The translations under genes and the position numbers were made by a program. Below the pieces are notes generated by a model. That model was not told where the DNA came from, did not search any database, and was given only the letters and a program-made list of their open reading frames with translations. 64,000 nt of DNA from contig JAVBQF010000005.1 of the NCBI GenBank assembly GCA_031549195.1, positions 13,462 to 77,461 on the forward strand, given 5' to 3'. Shown one piece after another: positions 59,889 to 64,000 of the stretch. Source of the DNA: Bacilli bacterium. Lineage in GTDB: Bacteria; Bacillota_I; Bacilli_A; RF39; UBA660. Numbering within the stretch: position 1 is the stretch's first letter; every line of letters starts with the position of its first letter.

Positions 59889-60375
59889 TTACATCACCTC
59901 TTATTACCTCATTTAACAATTCTGCATTTATTATTTCTTTTTTAGGCCTTCTCATTTCATTTATAGCAGTCAATATTAATATAGTAAAAAGTATAATCAA
60001 AACAATATTGACTATCATCTTCTTATTAATCTTTCTTTTCTTTATCTTGGTATAAGGAGAATGAACCTTTTTTTCTTTTTCTTCTTTATCTTTTTCCTTA
60101 GCAGCTTCCATTATATCTTCTAAAGATATTTTTGATGTGTGCTCAAATAAAAAATCATTGAATTCATCTATTACTTTTTCTGGATCAAGACCTAAGTATT
60201 TAGCATATTCTTTTACTATTTCCTTCATACTTAAGACATCTCTAAAAGCTCTTACATTTCCTTCTTCAATGTTTTCAAGTTCAAATTTCTCTATCTCTAG
60301 GTCATCTGCTGCTTCTTCTAGTTCTACACCATTAAGTTCTCGTGTCTCTTTTAAATACTCTCCTAGTTCTTTCAT
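59872..60375 (-). CDS. RodZ/YmfM-like HTH membrane protein (start likely at internal Met MKELGEYLK)
   Basis: N-terminal HTH-like ELGEYLKETRELNGVELEEAADDL, single TM IVNIVLIILFTILILTAI; conserved rodZ-pgsA-recA order. ORF-track start at 60414 would run into rnpB. Confidence 0.55.
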   Translation of the reverse strand: MKELGEYLKETRELNGVELEEAADDLEIEKFELENIEEGNVRAFRDVLSMKEIVKEYAKYLGLDPEKVIDEFNDFLFEHTSKISLEDIMEAAKEKDKEEKEKKVHSPYTKIKKRKINKKMIVNIVLIILFTILILTAINEMRRPKKEIINAELLNEVIRGDVNEFTY

Positions 60376-60394
60376 AACACCTCTATTAAACATA

Positions 60395-60746
60395 AATAAT
60401 ACTTTATAAGCCATTTTCTGTACCTATTACTAGGTGACAAACATCTATCTACCATTACTGGTCCCTACATCAGTTATGATTCCTTAGTAGGACTCCTCTA
60501 CCAAATTTGAGTTTCTCGCTCGTGGGGTTTATCGCGTTCCATTTCCACTGTTTCCAGTATCTTCGTCACTATGACACTTTTACAGTTACTCTAATCATAG
60601 CCAAAGCCTTAGATCATTTCACAGCCGTTAGATTAACTACCTAGAGTTATTTTTTTCTCTAGCACGATCACTAAAGACATTCCAGTCTTTGCGAGTATGG
60701 ACTTTCCTCTACATTATAAAAATGCAGCGTTTGTCAAAGTACTATT
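60395..60746 (-). ncRNA. rnpB: RNase P RNA, bacterial type B (rnpB)
   Basis: Minus strand contains universally conserved GAGGAAAGUCCAUACUCG (P4 5' strand), GGAACGCGAUAAACCCCACGAGCGAGAAACUCAAAUUUGGUAGAGG, GUAGAUAGAUGUUUGUCACC and ACAGAAAAUGGCUUAUAAAG (P4 3' strand), collinear with B. subtilis rnpB; GC-rich island in AT-rich genome; immediately downstream of gpsB as in Bacillus. Confidence 0.85.
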
Positions 60747-61074
60747 CATCTTTACCATAAACAATTTTTTCTAGTTGAGAAAGTCTTTTAATTACATCTA
60801 TATTTGTAACTTCTTTAGACTCACCATCACTACTTCTGGCAATTTCAATACTCATCTTCAAATTACGTATTTCTTGTTTTAAAGCCATTATTTCTTCAAG
60901 CAATTCTTCTTTTTCTTTTTCAGACTCTTTCATAAGTTTAAAAAATTGTTCATAATCGCTAATAATAGCATCTAAAAATTGATCTACCTCTTTTAAACGG
61001 TACCCTCTAGTATCAATTTTAAACTCTCTTTCCAAAATATCTTGTGGTGTTAAATTAAGCTTATTTTGATACAT
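60742..61074 (-). CDS. gpsB: Cell-cycle protein GpsB (DivIVA-domain)
   Basis: LTPQDILEREFKIDTRGYRLKEVDQFLDAIISDYE DivIVA/GpsB N-terminal domain; about 110 aa from internal Met MYQNKLNL. Confidence 0.8.
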   Translation of the reverse strand: MYQNKLNLTPQDILEREFKIDTRGYRLKEVDQFLDAIISDYEQFFKLMKESEKEKEELLEEIMALKQEIRNLKMSIEIARSSDGESKEVTNIDVIKRLSQLEKIVYGKDE

Positions 61075-61692
61075 ATTCATCACCAATCCTTTGTATATTA
61101 TCATTATCACAAAAATAGACTATTTTGTCAATGATATACTCTTATCCGCAATTATTTTAGAATTAATTAAAAAGCTTGCCTTCCTAGCATTATACATCAT
61201 AGAGTTTATAACTTCAATAACAAACGTGTCTTTCATTTTATCACCAATATGATTATATAGTAATATATTCTCATTAGCATTAACTTCGACAAAACTAGAT
61301 TAAAATTGACTTTTCAACATTATCAAGTAGGGGGAAAACAATTTCTACTCACATTAGCTGAAGATGAGGAATGGAAAAGATTAACAATTACTTTAGTCAA
61401 TTCAATGGTCGTAGTGTTGACAGATTACCAATATGGAAAGATACCTGCACTATAAAGGAAAATATACTTGGAAAAGAGGAAACCAGTTTTACACTTTCGC
61501 CACTTTCTCTTCTTGGAAAGAAACAAACTGGTATTGATATATTTAGTTCGAAAAAAGCAAAAATCCTAACTCCTCCATCTATAATGGTTGGATTTAAAAG
61601 TTTAAATATAGGCAGATAGCCTTTTTTATTTTTCACAAATCATTAGTAGATATTTATTCACTTTTATAGTATAATTTAACATAGGTGGTTTT

Positions 61693-62277
61693 ATGTTGTA
61701 TCCAAAGGGCATCAAAGTAGCAAATCAAACAAATAAAGACAATATAAAGTATGATAATAGAGGTATGGGTTTAGAGAATGATATCAATATTACAAATGAG
61801 CATTATGCTCATTGTGGCACTGGATTCATCTATAAAAAACCAACCCCTATTCAAATAACAAAAGTTGACTACACTAATAGAAGTGCAGTAATAAAAGAGG
61901 CTTTCTTTAAAGAACCATCTACAACTGATTATAACGGATTATATAAAGGTAAATATATAGACTTTGAGGCTAAAGAAACAAACAGTGTAACTTCATTTCC
62001 ACTTAGCAATATTCATAAACATCAAATTAATCATATTAAGAATATAATTAATAATGATGGCATTGCATTTATTATAGTAAGATTTACCAGACTATTGGAA
62101 ACATATTTATTACTTGGAAATGATTTCATTAATTTCATTGAAAATAATGATAGAAAATCAATACCTGTAAGTTATTTTAAAGAGTTAGGTTACCTAATAA
62201 AAGATAAGTATAGTCCTAGATGTGATTATTTGAGTATTATAGATAATATTTATGGAGGTATAAATAGTGAAAAATAA
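61693..62277 (+). CDS. recU: Holliday-junction resolvase RecU
   Basis: NRGMGLENDIN...GLYKGKYIDFEAKET...AFIIVRF matches RecU conserved blocks; followed by ponA as in Bacillus. Confidence 0.85.
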   Translation: MLYPKGIKVANQTNKDNIKYDNRGMGLENDINITNEHYAHCGTGFIYKKPTPIQITKVDYTNRSAVIKEAFFKEPSTTDYNGLYKGKYIDFEAKETNSVTSFPLSNIHKHQINHIKNIINNDGIAFIIVRFTRLLETYLLLGNDFINFIENNDRKSIPVSYFKELGYLIKDKYSPRCDYLSIIDNIYGGINSEK

Positions 62278-64000
62278 AAATAGTAAAGAAAAGAAAAGTA
62301 CAGATAAAAAAGTAAGTTCATATACGAAAAAAGAATTAAAAGAGAATTATATAGTTATTGGAATATTTTTGTTAATATCATTTATACTTGGATTAATCTT
62401 TATGGATTTTATGTTCGCAGGTATATTGGTTGGTGGATTAATATTAATTATGTTGTTATCCATGCTCGTTAGTAAGTTAAGAAGAAAAAGATGGCTTAGA
62501 ATTACTATTAATATCTTAACAATATTCTTCTTAATCGCGTGCATTGCTGCAATGGGCGGAGTTGGATGGTTCTTAAATTATGTTGTATCCAATGCCCCTG
62601 ATTTTGATCCTAATCAATTAGTTATGACTCAAACTTCCATCATCTATGATAATAAAGAAAATAGTGTTATAGAACTTGGAACAGAGAAACGTGAAATAAT
62701 CTCTTATGAAGAGATGAGTCAATCATTAATAGATGCTTTAATTGCGACTGAAGATGCCAGATTTTTTCAACATAATGGATTTGATGCTGCAAGGTTTACT
62801 TTAGCATCATTAAAACAAGCAACTGGTGATACTGATGCTGGTGGAGCTTCTACTATTACTATGCAGGTTGCAAAGAATGCCTACACTTCAAGAACAGATA
62901 AAGGATTTGAAGGTATAGTTCGTAAATTTACAGATATATATTTATCAGTATTTAGAATAGAAAAACAATACTCAAAGCAAGAGATCATAGAGTTTTATGT
63001 TAACAACCATTTCCTTGGTGTAGCATATGGTGTTGAACAAGCAAGTAGAGAATACTTTGGTAAAAATGCAGCGGATCTTACTTTATCAGAAGCAGCCCTT
63101 TTAATAGGTCTATTTAAATCACCAGCTTATTACAATCCTTTTAAGAACCCTGATGCTGCAACATCAAGAAGATTAACTGTATTAAACTTAATGCTACATC
63201 ACGGTTATATAACTGAAGAAGAAAGAGATTTAGCAGCAGCTATACCGGTTGAAAGCTTATTAAAGCAATCAAGTACTGCTGCACAACCTTATCTTTCATA
63301 TATTAACGAAGTAATTGAAGAGGCAATTAAAGTATATGGTATTAACCCAAGTACTACATCTGTATTAGTATATACTAACTTAGATACATCAAAGCAACAA
63401 GTTGTAGATGACATCATGAATGGTAAAACTTATACATGGCTTAATCCAGAAGTTCAAGCAGGTGTGGCTGTCGTGGATGTATGGAGTGGAAAATTACTTG
63501 CTGTTGGTGCTGGTAGAAATATAGACTCGCTAAGACAGATGAGCTATGCGTCGATGACAAATCGTCAAATAGGATCAGTAGCTAAACCTTTATTTGATTA
63601 TGGGCCAGGTATTGAATATAATAACTGGTCAACATATAAATTATTTGATGATAAACAATACTACTATAGTAGTGGTCAAGAAATACGAAATTCTGATAGA
63701 ACTTATAGAGGAATTATGACACTACGTTGGGCTCTTGCTGACTCTAGAAATATACCAGCATTACAAGCATTCCAACAAGTAGATAATAAAAAAATATTAC
63801 AATTTGTTAAAAGTCTTGGAATAAAACCTGAAGAATCTAATGGATATCTACATGAAGCTCATTCGATTGGAGCATTTAATGGATCTAATCCTTTGGAAAT
63901 GGCAGCAGCTTATGCAGCATTTGCAAATGGTGGTACTTATTATGAGCCATATGCAATTACAAAAATTATTTTAAGAGATACTGGAGAAGTTTATACACAC
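62267..64000 (+). CDS. ponA: Class A penicillin-binding protein (PBP1A), N-terminal part; GTG start, continues beyond window
   Basis: GTG at 62267 with GGAGG RBS; TM anchor then GT51 transglycosylase motifs EDARFFQHNGFD and GGASTITMQVAKN; start of transpeptidase domain by 63.5 kb. Not in ORF track (no stop in window). Confidence 0.85.
   Translation, partial: MKNKNSKEKKSTDKKVSSYTKKELKENYIVIGIFLLISFILGLIFMDFMFAGILVGGLILIMLLSMLVSKLRRKRWLRITINILTIFFLIACIAAMGGVGWFLNYVVSNAPDFDPNQLVMTQTSIIYDNKENSVIELGTEKREIISYEEMSQSLIDALIATEDARFFQHNGFDAARFTLASLKQATGDTDAGGASTITMQVAKNAYTSRTDKGFEGIVRKFTDIYLSVFRIEKQYSKQEIIEFYVNNHFLGVAYGVEQASREYFGKNAADLTLSEAALLIGLFKSPAYYNPFKNPDAATSRRLTVLNLMLHHGYITEEERDLAAAIPVESLLKQSSTAAQPYLSYINEVIEEAIKVYGINPSTTSVLVYTNLDTSKQQVVDDIMNGKTYTWLNPEVQAGVAVVDVWSGKLLAVGAGRNIDSLRQMSYASMTNRQIGSVAKPLFDYGPGIEYNNWSTYKLFDDKQYYYSSGQEIRNSDRTYRGIMTLRWALADSRNIPALQAFQQVDNKKILQFVKSLGIKPEESNGYLHEAHSIGAFNGSNPLEMAAAYAAFANGGTYYEPYAITKIILRDTGEVYTH

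Noticed and set aside
60137-60409. Plus-strand 90-aa ORF, and the 60376..60414 N-terminal extension of the rodZ-like ORF.
   Set aside because: It overlaps the RNase P RNA 3' region and is antisense to the rodZ-like gene. The rodZ-like start was moved to the internal Met.
60420-60740. GC-rich non-coding island considered as tmRNA or 6S RNA.
   Set aside because: It has no tRNA-like 3' end, tag ORF or resume codon, and no 6S bubble. The ordered RNase P blocks (GAGGAAAGUCC..., ACAGAAAAUGGCUUA) fit rnpB instead.
61371-61636. Overlapping 82-aa (+) and 79-aa (-) ORFs between gpsB and recU.
   Set aside because: They are mutually exclusive, with no RBS, motif or coding-like composition. The region may hold a decayed ypsA-like remnant, but I cannot support a call.
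1-64000. CRISPR arrays, rRNA genes, IS elements with terminal inverted repeats.
   Set aside because: A by-eye scan found no regularly spaced direct repeats and no rRNA-like GC-rich blocks. The only GC-rich islands are the tRNA-Leu and rnpB. No transposase ORF was seen. The only recombinase is the large serine recombinase of the dacF element.

Overview
Low-GC Firmicutes chromosomal window (Clostridia/Erysipelotrichia-like), almost entirely minus-strand coded up to about 29 kb, mixed after that. Housekeeping and sporulation synteny is recognisable: scpA-scpB, a suf operon (sufCDSUB), recX-rpoZ, rodZ-like-pgsA-recA-rny with rnjA, gpsB-rnpB (RNase P RNA)-recU-ponA, dacF-spoIIAA-sigF followed by spoVAC-spoVAD-spoVAEb, prsA, tRNA-Leu(CAA), and two tandem YjcZ-like small sporulation peptides. 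There are two three-component cell-wall glycosylation modules (GtrA/GT2/polytopic GT-C-like), an Alg13/Alg14-like pair, an LCP protein with PASTA-like repeats, and a dockerin-bearing GH73-like autolysin next to a membrane-anchored cohesin-like protein. The most striking feature is an integrated element of about 10.9 kb (about 17.46-28.34 kb) that splits the dacF-like D,D-carboxypeptidase gene into two fragments. It carries a large serine recombinase at one end, a phage-satellite-like module (sigma-A-type promoter with long leader, small RHH-like protein, replisome-organizer-like HTH, sigma-70 factor, SF2 helicase with VRR-NUC nuclease) and a tight four-gene operon (Fic, Cys-rich mini-protein, MazG-like NTP pyrophosphatase, DUF2075-type nuclease-ATPase) that looks like an undescribed or under-described defense cassette. 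spoIIAB is missing between spoIIAA and sigF. All calls are from reading translated ORFs and motifs by eye. No database searches were run.
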